In this document: positions 39,530-49,148 of the stretch, in pieces
How positions within the stretch are numbered: position 1 is the first letter of the stretch
Layout of the letters: each line of letters opens with the position of its first letter
Source of the DNA: Verrucomicrobiaceae bacterium
Lineage (GTDB): Bacteria > Verrucomicrobiota > Verrucomicrobiia > Verrucomicrobiales > Verrucomicrobiaceae
Direction: 5' to 3'
Assembly: GCA_016795485.1 (NCBI GenBank)
Contig: JAEUHM010000030.1
Location: forward strand, 60,369-124,368
DNA: 64,000 nt
The notes under the pieces: model-generated
Told to the model about the DNA's origin: nothing
Database searches by the model: none
Seen by the model: only the letters and a program-made list of their open reading frames with translations
Made by a program: the position numbers and the translations under genes

Positions 39530-40381
39530 ATGTACGCTCTTCCCTCACCGATGCTCGCGTTCGGTCTGGACTTCGCCCTTAGCCATTCGTCTCCATCCGG
39601 TTGGTTGGTTGGAGGGCTGATCCTGATACTTTCATTGGCGAGTTGGCTGGTTATCTCCCTCAAGCTTCACCTGTTGAATGTATCCCGGACAGCCAACGCG
39701 GACTTTTTGCACGTGTTTAGGCATAGCCATCATCCGCTGTCCATTTTTCAGACCGGGGAGCGATTTGATGAATCACCGCTGTTTCACATCTATCATGCCA
39801 TGGCCCGTGAGTTGGCATACCACCTGGTCGGTGTAGACACTCCGGACAAGACGTTTCAGCAAAGACTTGCGGGTGCTGGCCGCATTACCTCATCGCAATC
39901 GAATGCCATCCGCCGGAGCATGGAGCGGGCGATGAATGAAGCCTGTGCGAAAGTGGAGTCGAGGCTGGGCCTAGTGGCACTGGCAGTTAGTGCTGCTCCG
40001 GTTCTGGGCTTATTTGGCACCATCTGGGGCATCATGGACAGTTTCAGTGAAGTCGCTGGGGCAAAGGGAGCTATCCCGGTTCAGGCGGTCGCACCTGGAG
40101 TGGCTGCAGCGCTACTCACCACCCTGCTGGGCCTGCTCGTTGTCCTACCGAGCTTGGTGGGGTACAACTTTCTGGTCGGTAAAATCCGGGCCATGACCAT
40201 GCGTTTGGAAAACTTCGTTGGAGAGATCGGTACGGTGCTGGACCGTCACTATGTGGACCATCGCGCACCGGCTGACGAGATTCCAAGCCTCGAAGCCTTT
40301 GGTGCTCCTGGCGTGGTTTCGTATCCGTCGGCTACGTCAGCACCATTCCCTCATACTGGAGCAAACCCGATAGACTCCTGA
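39530..40381 (+). CDS. MotA/TolQ/ExbB-family proton channel protein with no adjacent ExbD/TolR/MotB partner.
   Basis: Three TM helices with the GLFGTIWGIM and LLTTLLGLLVVLP signature of the family. The next gene is a small 4-TM protein, not ExbD. Confidence 0.7.
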   Translation: MYALPSPMLAFGLDFALSHSSPSGWLVGGLILILSLASWLVISLKLHLLNVSRTANADFLHVFRHSHHPLSIFQTGERFDESPLFHIYHAMARELAYHLVGVDTPDKTFQQRLAGAGRITSSQSNAIRRSMERAMNEACAKVESRLGLVALAVSAAPVLGLFGTIWGIMDSFSEVAGAKGAIPVQAVAPGVAAALLTTLLGLLVVLPSLVGYNFLVGKIRAMTMRLENFVGEIGTVLDRHYVDHRAPADEIPSLEAFGAPGVVSYPSATSAPFPHTGANPIDS

Positions 40382-40389
40382 GCGTAACT

Positions 40390-40746
40390 GTGGGCATGGC
40401 CCACTATTTACTGAAGCTTTTCATTTCTGCGGGAGTCATCGTTGCCGTCACTGAGCTGGCTAAGCGCAACAATCTCGCTGCCAGCATCATCCACTCCCTG
40501 CCACTCACCTCGTTGCTCGCCTTCATTTGGCTGTACGCAGAGACGGGTGATGCCAAACTCATTGGAAATCATGCGTTCGGCACGGTCTGGTTCGTCTTGC
40601 CGACTCTCCCGATGTTTTTGGTCATGCCGTGGCTCATTCAGAAGGGAATGGGCTTCTGGCCCAGCTTGCTCTCATGCATCGTGGGCACAGTTGGGCTCTA
40701 CTATGTCACGATGAAGCTGCTCGCGGTGGCTGGGGTCAAACTCTGA
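40390..40746 (+). CDS. Small 4-TM membrane protein (DUF3147-like).
   Basis: 118 aa, four predicted TM helices. 9-nt gap after the MotA-like gene. Confidence 0.45.
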   Translation: MGMAHYLLKLFISAGVIVAVTELAKRNNLAASIIHSLPLTSLLAFIWLYAETGDAKLIGNHAFGTVWFVLPTLPMFLVMPWLIQKGMGFWPSLLSCIVGTVGLYYVTMKLLAVAGVKL

Positions 40747-40757
40747 GCCTCAGGCGG

Positions 40758-41768
40758 CTAACACTTGACCACAATCTTTCCGACGTGCTGACCTGACTCG
40801 ATCCTTTTGAAGGCGTCTACGGCCTCTGAGAGGGTAAACGTTGAGTCAATCACTGGGCGCATCTCGTGCGCCGACATGCACTTCAGGAGATCCATAAACA
40901 TCGCCCTGGAGCCTACATAGACCCCATCTAGCCGGATGTTCTTCCGCAAGATCTGCACGGTCTGAATCTCGCCAGACGTACCGGTAAGCACACCGATCAG
41001 CGCTACATGACCGCCAAAGCGGACAGAGCGCAAAGACTTGTTAAGCGTGTCAGGCCCGCCCACTTCGACGACTTTATCCACTCCGACGCCATCCGTTTGG
41101 CTCAGGACCCAATCATCCCAGGCTGGATCTTGGCGATAGTTGTGAACCTGCTCCGCGCCAAGAGCTTTCAATTGAGCCGCCTTCTCCTCACTACTGGTAA
41201 TGGCGAGCACACGCGCACCCGCGATCTTGGCCAACTGAAGCGCGAATACTGAAACGCCACCTGTTCCAAGAAGCAGCAACGTCTCACCGGCCTTGAGTTG
41301 ACCACGCACCATCAGCGCATGCCAAGCGGTGACCGCCGCACAGGGAAGCGTAGAGGCTTCTTCCAGCGTCAGGTAGTCAGGCACATGGACCAAACACGAA
41401 GCTGGCACCACAGCATACTCCCGCATCATGCCATCCACATGCGCGCCCAGTGCCGCTCCTTGGTGAGATGGCAGCATCTCCCCATCTAGCCATTGCGGCA
41501 TGAACGGAACGACGACTCGCTCGCCGATTCGCCAGTTTGCAACACCTTCACCGAGGGCAGCAATCTCGCCCGCACCGTCTGAGCATGGAACACGCGGGAT
41601 CGGCCCCGTGATGCCGCGGATGCCCACCACATTCATGTAGTCGCGAAAGTTCAGACACGTTGCCCTGACGCGAATCAACACCTCGCCATGCCCAGGCTCC
41701 GGCGTGGGAATGTCGTTGAGCTTCAGTGAATCAAAACCGTCTGTCCCGGTGATCTGGATGGCCTTCAT
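40758..41768 (-). CDS. Zinc-type alcohol dehydrogenase / quinone oxidoreductase (MDR superfamily).
   Basis: GxGxxG Rossmann motif (LLLGTGGVSVFALQLAKIAGARV) and an MDR fold pattern. Confidence 0.8.
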   Translation of the reverse strand: MKAIQITGTDGFDSLKLNDIPTPEPGHGEVLIRVRATCLNFRDYMNVVGIRGITGPIPRVPCSDGAGEIAALGEGVANWRIGERVVVPFMPQWLDGEMLPSHQGAALGAHVDGMMREYAVVPASCLVHVPDYLTLEEASTLPCAAVTAWHALMVRGQLKAGETLLLLGTGGVSVFALQLAKIAGARVLAITSSEEKAAQLKALGAEQVHNYRQDPAWDDWVLSQTDGVGVDKVVEVGGPDTLNKSLRSVRFGGHVALIGVLTGTSGEIQTVQILRKNIRLDGVYVGSRAMFMDLLKCMSAHEMRPVIDSTFTLSEAVDAFKRIESGQHVGKIVVKC

Positions 41769-41919
41769 GAGTCAGCCAGTGTGCGAGCATCTCCACTCCT
41801 GTGCAAGGGAGAGCCTTGGGACGCGCGCAGTTCTTGGTTGAACTGCATCCGCTTTCGTCCCGCTGCCCACTTTTGCTCAATCAAACTCAGAGTGCAGGCA
41901 AGGACTGGCACCCTCCCTA

Positions 41920-42096
41920 CTTTGAGTCGGAGTAGCGCTACTCTGAGCTGGAGTAGCGCTACTTTGAGCCGGAGTAGCGCTACTTTGAGCTGGAGTAGCG
42001 CTACTTTGAGCTGGAGTAGCGCTACTTTGAGTTGGAGTAGCGCTACTTTGGGTTGGAGTAGCGCTACTTTGGGTTGGAGGAGTGCTACTTTGAGTC
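41920..42096. repeat. About eight tandem 21-bp units (gagtagcgctactttgagcyg), each containing the palindrome agtagcgctact.
   Basis: Contiguous repeats visible in the sequence. They translate as SSATLSW repeats in spurious ORFs. Confidence 0.85.
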
Positions 42097-42201
42097 AAAG
42101 GAGGCCCGCATTGAGCCAAAGGAGGAGCCCGCCGCTGAGAATCTGGCTTGGACTCAACCAAGTCTACGTCACTGCCGAATCCTTGAAGCCTGCCAAAGAC
42201 T

Positions 42202-43785
42202 GGTAGGGCGCTTGGTCCCCCAAGCGCCGCGCGAGAGGAACGCGAAAGTCCAGCCAATGACCCGTGCATTGCACCTCCCATTGGCTATCCCCGCCCCACG
42301 CCTTCACCGGCTCACTGAGGACAGTTCGCCCTACCTCCGCCCAGGAAGAGCCGCACGCCGGTAGGGCGCTTGGTCCCCCAAGCGCCGCGCGAGAGGAACG
42401 CGAAAGCCCAGCCAATGACCCGCGCATTGCACGTCCCATTGGCTATCCCCGCCCCACGCCATCACCGGCTCACTGAGGACAGTTCGCCCTACCCTCCGCC
42501 CAGGAAGAGCCGCACGCTGGTAGGGCGCTTGGTCCCCCAAGCGCCGCGCGAGAGGAACGCGAAAGCCCAGCCAATGAACCGCGCATTGCACCATCCATTG
42601 GCTATCCCCGCCCCACGCCATCACCGGCTCACTGAGGACAGTTCATCCTACCTCCGCCCATGCAATGCCACCGACTGGCCTCTTCATCTCACCCGCAACC
42701 CATCTTCCACCCATCCACGGTCGCTTGAAGCTTGAATGGCCACTCTTCGGCGGTCTGGCAAAGGCCCTTTACCACTGGATTGTTCACCACGTATCTCAAC
42801 TTTGCCGTGACTTCGTCATCAGACCTTAGGCGATGATCAAAGAAGCCCTCCTGCCATTGGATGCCCAGAAAGCGGGCGGTGTACCTCTTCCAATCACGGA
42901 CCACCGCTGGCATTGGCGAGCTAGTCCGAGGAAAAGCGAACACCCCATGCAAGTGATCTGGCATTAACAGGGCAAGAAGCACGTGCCACTTGCCCTGCTC
43001 CGAATACTTTCGCAAAGAACCTAACAGGCCATCGGCAACGGCTGGACTGGTGAGTTGATCCACCCCACGGTGAGCACAATTGATCGTGACAAAGAACCAC
43101 GCCCCATCATCTACCCAATGGGGCGTATCGTGTCTGAGACGAGTTCGTTGAGGAAGTGCATCCGATGATTCATTCATCGCAGATTAGGTCACCGCATCGT
43201 GATCAAAAAGTGAAGAACGAATGATGAAGTGTGTGAAGAAATTTCCTTTCGCCCAGGAAGAGCCGTACGCTGGTAGGGCGCTTGGTCCCCCAAGCGCCGC
43301 GCGAGAGGAACGCGAATGCCCGGCCAATGACCCGCGCATTGCACCTCCCATTGGCTATCCCCGCCCCACGCCATCACCGGCTCACTGAGGACAGTTCACC
43401 CTACCTCCGCCCAGGAAGAGCCGCACGCTGGTAGGGCGCTTGGTCCCCCAAGCGCCGCGCGAGAGGAACGCGAATGCCCAGCCAATGACCCGTGCATTGC
43501 ACCACCCATTGGCCATCCCCGCCCCACGCCTTCACCGGCTCACTGAGGACAGTTCACCCTACCTCCGCCCATGCAAAGTCGCGTGAGAGGAACGCGAAAG
43601 CCCAGCCAATGACCCGTGCATTGCACCATCCATTGGCTATTCCCGCCCCACGCCTTCACCGGCTCACTGAGGACAGTTCGCCCTACCTCCGCCCATGCAA
43701 AGCCGCGCGAGAGGAACGCGAATGCCTGGCCAATGAACCACGCCATCACCGGCTCACTGGGGACAGTTCGCCTTACCTTCCGCCT
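42202..43785. mobile_element. REPtron-like locus: a RAYT (IS200-like Y1 transposase) gene flanked by arrays of a ~158-bp REP unit with two internal hairpins.
   Basis: Three REP copies upstream (42202-42670) and about four downstream (43251-43785) of the RAYT CDS. The units carry stems gggcgcttgg/ccaagcgccc and agccaatg/cattggct. Confidence 0.8.
42689..43177 (-). CDS. REP-associated tyrosine transposase (RAYT; IS200/IS605-like Y1 transposase).
   Basis: HxH motif (DHLHGVF) and a C-terminal catalytic-Tyr region (RYVVNNPV) in a ~160-aa protein flanked by REP arrays. Confidence 0.8.
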   Translation of the reverse strand: MNESSDALPQRTRLRHDTPHWVDDGAWFFVTINCAHRGVDQLTSPAVADGLLGSLRKYSEQGKWHVLLALLMPDHLHGVFAFPRTSSPMPAVVRDWKRYTARFLGIQWQEGFFDHRLRSDDEVTAKLRYVVNNPVVKGLCQTAEEWPFKLQATVDGWKMGCG

Positions 43786-43818
43786 GAGCAGCGCGGTGGG
43801 GGGAACGACCCGACGGTG

Positions 43819-45495
43819 CTAACCTACTCCAATGATGGTCCCGTCCTCGCTGACGTCCACGCGTTCGGCTGCTGGAACGCGGGGAAGGGCGGGCATTCTC
43901 ATCATTTGGCCGGTGAGGGCGACGAGGAAGCCTGCACCAGCTGCAATCTCGAAGTCGCGGACGGTGATGCGGAATCCACTTGGGCGTCCTTGCAAATCTG
44001 AGTTGTCGGACAGTGAGTTCTGCGTTTTTGCCATGCAGAGTGGCAGGTGTGAGTAGCCTGCGGCTGTTAGGGCAGCGAGTTTCTCCACGGCTGCTTCTGT
44101 GAGGTCCACGCCATCAGCCCCGTAGATGCTGGTGGCGACTGCGTTGAGCTTTTCGGGCACTGACTGATCGACTTCGTAAAGCATGGGGAGGCTTGGAGCG
44201 GTGGCGGATGCGTTTTTGACAACCTTCTCGGCGAGTTCGACCGCGCCCGGACCTCCTTGGCCAAACACATCGGCTGTAGCGCTGTCCACACTGCGTTTTT
44301 GGCAGAAGCCGTGCACGGTTGCGATCTCCTCGTCTGTGTCTTGCGTGAACTTGTTAATCGCGACAACGATGGGACGCTTGAAATGAGCCGCAGCATCCAA
44401 GTGCGCTGCAAGGTTCTGCAAACCGCGCTCCACCGCTGCGACATCGGGCTTGGTGAGGTCGTCTAGTGCTACTCCGCCGTGCATTTTTAGCGCGCGGATG
44501 GTGGCTACGATCACAATTGCCGCCGGTGCTAGTCCTGACTGGCGGCACTTGATGTGCATGAACTTCTCCCCACCGAGATCAAAGGCAAAGCCGGCTTCAG
44601 TGACGGCATAGTCCGCGTGAGAAAGGGCCATGCGAGTAGCGAGCACGCTGTTGCAGCCGTGCGCGATGTTTGCAAACGGTCCACCATGAACAAAAGCAGG
44701 CACGCCTTCGAGTGACTGCACCAAGTTGGGGTGCAGCGCATCACGAAGGAGCGCCACCATCGCTCCAATGCAGCGAAACTCCTCTGCCTTGACCGCACTT
44801 CCCTCGCTGTCGAAACCAACAACGATGCGCTTGAGCCGCGCACGCAAGTCAGCGGCTGATTCGGCAAGGCAGAGCGCTGCCATCACTTCAGAAGCGGCGG
44901 TGATATCGAATCCTGTAATCCGCTCGACACCATTCTTTCCTGAGGTGATCTTGATCACACGAAGCGCACGATCATTGCAATCGAGCACCCGTTTCCAGAG
45001 AACGCGGGAAGGATCGAGCCGAGTGGTTTTGTAAAAGAGTGCGTTGTCGACGACACTGGCGAGCAAGTTGTGCGCGCTGGTGATGGCGTGGAAGTCGCCG
45101 TTGAAATGGAGGTTGATGGATTCACCCGGAACGATGCGGCTGAGGCCGCCGCCCGTGGCTCCTCCTTTGCGCCCGAACACTGGGCCCATGGATGGCTGCC
45201 TGAGTGCGAGGGCCACACTTTGCCCGATCTTTTTGAGCCCTTGAGCGAGTCCAATCGAAACCGTGGTTTTGCCCTCACCAGCTGGAGTAGGCGTGATGGC
45301 AGAGACAAGAATCAAGCGGCCCTTCTTGGGGCCAGAATCGATAGCATCGATGCTGACCTTGGCTTTGTCATGGCCGAAGGGCATGAGATGGCTGGAGGAG
45401 ATGCCAAGAGAGTTGGCTACTTCTGCAATGGGTGCCAGGGAAGACATGGTCACGAGCATTGCGAGGACGGCGATAGACGCTAGCGTAATGTACAT
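43819..45495 (-). CDS. fhs: Formate--tetrahydrofolate ligase.
   Basis: Hallmark TPTPAGEGKTT P-loop and length of about 558 aa. Confidence 0.9.
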   Translation of the reverse strand: MYITLASIAVLAMLVTMSSLAPIAEVANSLGISSSHLMPFGHDKAKVSIDAIDSGPKKGRLILVSAITPTPAGEGKTTVSIGLAQGLKKIGQSVALALRQPSMGPVFGRKGGATGGGLSRIVPGESINLHFNGDFHAITSAHNLLASVVDNALFYKTTRLDPSRVLWKRVLDCNDRALRVIKITSGKNGVERITGFDITAASEVMAALCLAESAADLRARLKRIVVGFDSEGSAVKAEEFRCIGAMVALLRDALHPNLVQSLEGVPAFVHGGPFANIAHGCNSVLATRMALSHADYAVTEAGFAFDLGGEKFMHIKCRQSGLAPAAIVIVATIRALKMHGGVALDDLTKPDVAAVERGLQNLAAHLDAAAHFKRPIVVAINKFTQDTDEEIATVHGFCQKRSVDSATADVFGQGGPGAVELAEKVVKNASATAPSLPMLYEVDQSVPEKLNAVATSIYGADGVDLTEAAVEKLAALTAAGYSHLPLCMAKTQNSLSDNSDLQGRPSGFRITVRDFEIAAGAGFLVALTGQMMRMPALPRVPAAERVDVSEDGTIIGVG

Positions 45496-46660
45496 GAGTC
45501 AATTGGCCAGCCGCGCAAGCTTGGTGTGCTTACTGGGTTTCACGGCAGGATTCATGATCCTGCCAAGTGAGTGGCACTATCTCGGGCTCGTTGCGATTTC
45601 TGGGGTTCTGGCAGTGTCGAACGGGGTGCCATTACCCCAAGGCAAAGCGTGGGTCGTGTTTTGCGCTTTCCTTGTGTGGATGGTGGGGCGCTCTTGCTTT
45701 GGCACTTATCCCTCTGGCCCCGGAGAGCCTGAGCGCGGCGTTTTGGGTGCTCTACTGCTTCTTCTGCTCGGATGCGTCGTGCGGAAGAGCGCAGAGGACG
45801 AACAGATTTGGAAATGGGTTGCGGTCGGCATGGGCGTGGTCGGCGCGAGCACTGCCGCAGTCAGTGCTTTCATGAGCTGCATCGTCCTGCCGCCTGGAAC
45901 GGTGGGGGAGCGCCTGACGAATCTCTTTGTTCACGGTGGTCTGAATGCGGTTTGCACCGGTGTGTCATACGGTTGTGCGGCGTTGTGGTTGATCACGAAT
46001 CACGAAAAGACGAAATCGGCAAAGTGGGTCTGGATCGCAACATGGATGCTTCAGTATGCCGTGTTGCTGACACGCAGCCGAGGCGCACTGCTGGCGTTGG
46101 CAGCAGGTCTCGTTGTGTGGGTGCTCTACAAGCGTGACTGGAAGCCCGTGAAGCTGCTTTTGTTGGCCGCAGTGATCTGGGTGATGCCGCAGTGGTTACC
46201 GCAATCTCGTGAAGAGATCCGCCCAGCTGTGGAGATGGCCCAGAGAGCGGATGCAGGAAGGTTTTTGCTCTACGAGACTGCGTGGGCTACCCGAGGAAGC
46301 GTTTGGATCGGCACGGGCCAATGGGGTGTGACGGAGGCTTGGATGAAGAAGCTTCCGCCTGACCCGAATCGGCTCACGACGCACTTTCACAGCGGTTACC
46401 TCGCCACGTTCATTCACGGTGGAGTGCTTGGTTTGGGATTGCTGCTCAGTCTCATGGCCATAGCGGCACTGCGGGCGTGGAAACTGGCTCGTGAGGGCCA
46501 AGCTCAGTACTTGGCGTTGCTGGTCTATGGGTGGACGGCCGTTTTGTTTGATGGCCAGTCACTGGCGTCACTCACGACATCGCCACGCTATGAGGGCTTG
46601 GTGTTTTGGCTGCCGATGTTGATGTCGTTGGCGAAAAGAACCAAGCAAGAAACAGTATAG
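45488..46660 (+). CDS. O-antigen-ligase-like (Wzy_C domain) polytopic membrane protein.
   Basis: About 10 TM helices. LTRSRGALLALAAGLVV motif typical of O-antigen ligase / WaaL-like proteins. Start codon overlaps the divergent fhs start by 8 nt. Confidence 0.55.
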   Translation: MYMSQLASRASLVCLLGFTAGFMILPSEWHYLGLVAISGVLAVSNGVPLPQGKAWVVFCAFLVWMVGRSCFGTYPSGPGEPERGVLGALLLLLLGCVVRKSAEDEQIWKWVAVGMGVVGASTAAVSAFMSCIVLPPGTVGERLTNLFVHGGLNAVCTGVSYGCAALWLITNHEKTKSAKWVWIATWMLQYAVLLTRSRGALLALAAGLVVWVLYKRDWKPVKLLLLAAVIWVMPQWLPQSREEIRPAVEMAQRADAGRFLLYETAWATRGSVWIGTGQWGVTEAWMKKLPPDPNRLTTHFHSGYLATFIHGGVLGLGLLLSLMAIAALRAWKLAREGQAQYLALLVYGWTAVLFDGQSLASLTTSPRYEGLVFWLPMLMSLAKRTKQETV

Positions 46661-47417
46661 CGGCCTGCATGAGGACAATGCAGGCACCCGGCGCACCGTC
46701 GACGTAGAAGGCGACTGCTAGGCCCGCCCAGACTGCCAGCACGGCCGACATCGCTGCGGTGACCAACATGGCATCGAGGCGCTTGGTCAGAAGGCGTCCG
46801 GTTGCTCCGGGCATCACCATCATGGCCACAGCAAGGATGAGTCCGGCGGCCTTCATAGCGGTGACGATGGTCAGTGCGAGCAGCGTAAGCATGATGAAGT
46901 GCGAACTTCTCGTTGAGAGCCCAATCACTCGTGCATGAGCCCCGTCAAAGCCCAGAAGAAGGAAGTCTTTTCTTTTTGCGATGGCTAACAAAAGCACAAT
47001 GGATCCGAGAGCCACAGACTCAATGATCTGAGCTCGTGTAAGCCCGAGGATATTTCCATACAGAATGTGGTCCAAATGAATGTCACTTGGTGTTTTGCTG
47101 ATCATCACGAGTCCGATGGCAAACAATCCGGTGAAGATGACACCCATGACGGTGTCTTCCTTGACACGTGTGGTGGATTTTACGAAGCCGCTCGCCACCG
47201 CACAGAACAGACCAGACACAAAGGCACCGAGACTGAGCGGAATCCCTAACCAATAGGCTCCAACGATGCCGGGGAGGACTGCATGAGATATCGCATCGCC
47301 CATGAGTGACCAACCGCGGAGGACAAGAAAACAGGAAAGCACTCCACAGACGCCCGCGATCAAGCTCCCCGTGAGAGCTGCATGCCACATGAAATCAAAC
47401 TGGAATGGATTGATCAT
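46572..47417 (-). CDS. Metal (Mn/Zn) ABC transporter permease (ABC-3 family).
   Basis: ABC-3 permease TM pattern. ATGA overlap with the upstream permease. Confidence 0.8.
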   Translation of the reverse strand: MINPFQFDFMWHAALTGSLIAGVCGVLSCFLVLRGWSLMGDAISHAVLPGIVGAYWLGIPLSLGAFVSGLFCAVASGFVKSTTRVKEDTVMGVIFTGLFAIGLVMISKTPSDIHLDHILYGNILGLTRAQIIESVALGSIVLLLAIAKRKDFLLLGFDGAHARVIGLSTRSSHFIMLTLLALTIVTAMKAAGLILAVAMMVMPGATGRLLTKRLDAMLVTAAMSAVLAVWAGLAVAFYVDGAPGACIVLMQAAILFLAWFFSPTTSTSAAKTPSPHSVAMS

Positions 47418-48253
47418 CGCCGCATCAGAATGCCGTGTTTTGGAGCAAAGAGCCACACCATGACGAAGGCGATGGTCTGAAGCGTGACAATACAGCCACC
47501 AGTCGCTCCGTTGAAAAACCAACTCGCATAAGCACCGATCACGCCGGTGCTGCCTCCTATGGCTGTGGAAATGGCGATCATCTTTCCAAACCTGTCAGTC
47601 AGCAAATAGGCAGTTGCACCGGGCGTGACCAAAACTCCGACCACGAGTAGAGCTCCAACCGTTTGCAGCGCTGCAACGGCGGTCGCCGAAAGCAAAATCA
47701 TGAGCAAGAACTGCAATCGTCTCGCTGGGAGGCCAATTGCCATCGCTTGACGTTCGTCGAACGTGACCAGCATGAGGTCGCGCCACTTCATGAACAGAAA
47801 TCCGAGAGCTACAGCGCTAACGGCCATCAACTGCCAAAGATCAGAAGGTGCTATCCCAAGAATGTTGCCCAACACGATTGTCTTGAGGTCAACTCTAGCG
47901 GGATACAATGAGGCCAGCAGCAGCCCTGCGGCGAAGAAGGTGGTGAACACAACGCCGATCACGACATCCTCGCGCAGTTTCGTTCGTTGCTTTACCAAAA
48001 CCATCGCTCCAGATGCAAGAAGACCTGAAAAGAATGCACCAATGCTGAACGGAAGATTTAGCAGGTAGGCCACTGCGACTCCGGGCACGATAGCGTGAGA
48101 CAGCGCGTCTCCCATGAGCGACCAGCCTCTCAGCGTGATAAAACAGGAGAGAAAACCCCCAACGGCACCAACCAGTAGACTCGCCACCAGCGCACGAACC
48201 ATATAGTCATAGTGCAGTGGCTCCAAAAGTGTGGCCAGGGAGGCAAGCATCAC
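47414..48253 (-). CDS. Metal (Mn/Zn) ABC transporter permease (ABC-3 family).
   Basis: Paralogous to the adjacent permease. 4-nt overlap with the ATPase gene. Confidence 0.8.
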   Translation of the reverse strand: MMLASLATLLEPLHYDYMVRALVASLLVGAVGGFLSCFITLRGWSLMGDALSHAIVPGVAVAYLLNLPFSIGAFFSGLLASGAMVLVKQRTKLREDVVIGVVFTTFFAAGLLLASLYPARVDLKTIVLGNILGIAPSDLWQLMAVSAVALGFLFMKWRDLMLVTFDERQAMAIGLPARRLQFLLMILLSATAVAALQTVGALLVVGVLVTPGATAYLLTDRFGKMIAISTAIGGSTGVIGAYASWFFNGATGGCIVTLQTIAFVMVWLFAPKHGILMRR

Positions 48254-49146
48254 GGACCGACCTCCTCGGCACGTTTTTTCACCAACTCCTCGCGGCCAGA
48301 ACGATCTTTGTACTCAAGGTGCCCATCTTTGCCGAACACAAGCGGGCGTTCGTCATCGGTGAGCAGTTGAACGTTACGGCCGTCATGGGATTGAACGGTA
48401 GAAGACTCAAAGTGGAAGTGCCGAAGCACACCGCCGAAAGCTTCTGAGAGGTTTTCTAAAGTGAAAACGCCTTCCGTGGCTCCGTAGGCGAGCACCGTGC
48501 GATTGATCAGAACCACTTCATCGCAAAACTCCGGGACTGAACCCAAGTTGTGTGTGGAAACCAAAAGCAGAGCACCGTCATCTCGTAGCTGGCGCATGAG
48601 ATCAATGATGGATTCCTCGGTTTTGACATCCACACCCGTGAAGGGTTCGTCCAGAAGGATCAGTTGGCCTCCTTGAGCAAGTGCACGGGCCAGGAAAACA
48701 CGCTTCTTTTGCCCACCAGAAAGTTCGCCAATCTGCCGGTCACGGTAGTCCCACATAGCGACACGGTTCAAAGCTTCTTCAACTGCGCGCTTGTCTGCTT
48801 CACGTGGAATCCGCAGGAAGTTCATGTGACCATAGCGGCCCATCATGACGACATCCCAAACGCTGACGGGGTAGTCCCAGTCGACTTCTTCGGCCTGCGG
48901 AACATAGGCTACCAACCCGGCTTTTTGGGCTGTGGTCACCGGTTGGCCATTGATCAACACTGAGCCCGAGGTGGGCTTCAGAAAGCCCATGATCGCCTTG
49001 AACAGCGTGCTTTTGCCACTGCCATTTACGCCCACAAGACCTGCTATGGTGCCGCCCCTCAACTCAAACGACGCATCCCGCAAGGCTTGGTGTCCACCTG
49101 GGTAGCGGACGCTCACGTTTTTTACCTCAAGCGATGTGCGATTCAT
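48250..49146 (-). CDS. Metal ABC transporter ATP-binding protein.
   Basis: Walker [10 protein letters not shown], signature LSGGQKKR, Walker B ILLDEP. Confidence 0.85.
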   Translation of the reverse strand: MNRTSLEVKNVSVRYPGGHQALRDASFELRGGTIAGLVGVNGSGKSTLFKAIMGFLKPTSGSVLINGQPVTTAQKAGLVAYVPQAEEVDWDYPVSVWDVVMMGRYGHMNFLRIPREADKRAVEEALNRVAMWDYRDRQIGELSGGQKKRVFLARALAQGGQLILLDEPFTGVDVKTEESIIDLMRQLRDDGALLLVSTHNLGSVPEFCDEVVLINRTVLAYGATEGVFTLENLSEAFGGVLRHFHFESSTVQSHDGRNVQLLTDDERPLVFGKDGHLEYKDRSGREELVKKRAEEVGP

Positions 49147-49148
49147 TG

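Noticed and set aside
41920-42096. Possible CRISPR array
   Set aside because: The repeats are contiguous with no intervening unique spacers, and no cas genes are nearby.
41781-43749. ORFs 41781-42206, 41877-42281, 42074-42364, 42164-42439, 42331-42624, 42370-42735, 43189-43377, 43492-44001, 43540-43749, 43616-43822
   Set aside because: They overlap the 21-bp tandem repeats and the REP arrays, are repetitive and occur on both strands. Spurious.
45070-45483. ORFs antisense to fhs (45070-45483+, 44726-45034+, etc.)
   Set aside because: fhs is unambiguous from its TPTPAGEGKTT motif. Overlapping antisense ORFs are spurious.
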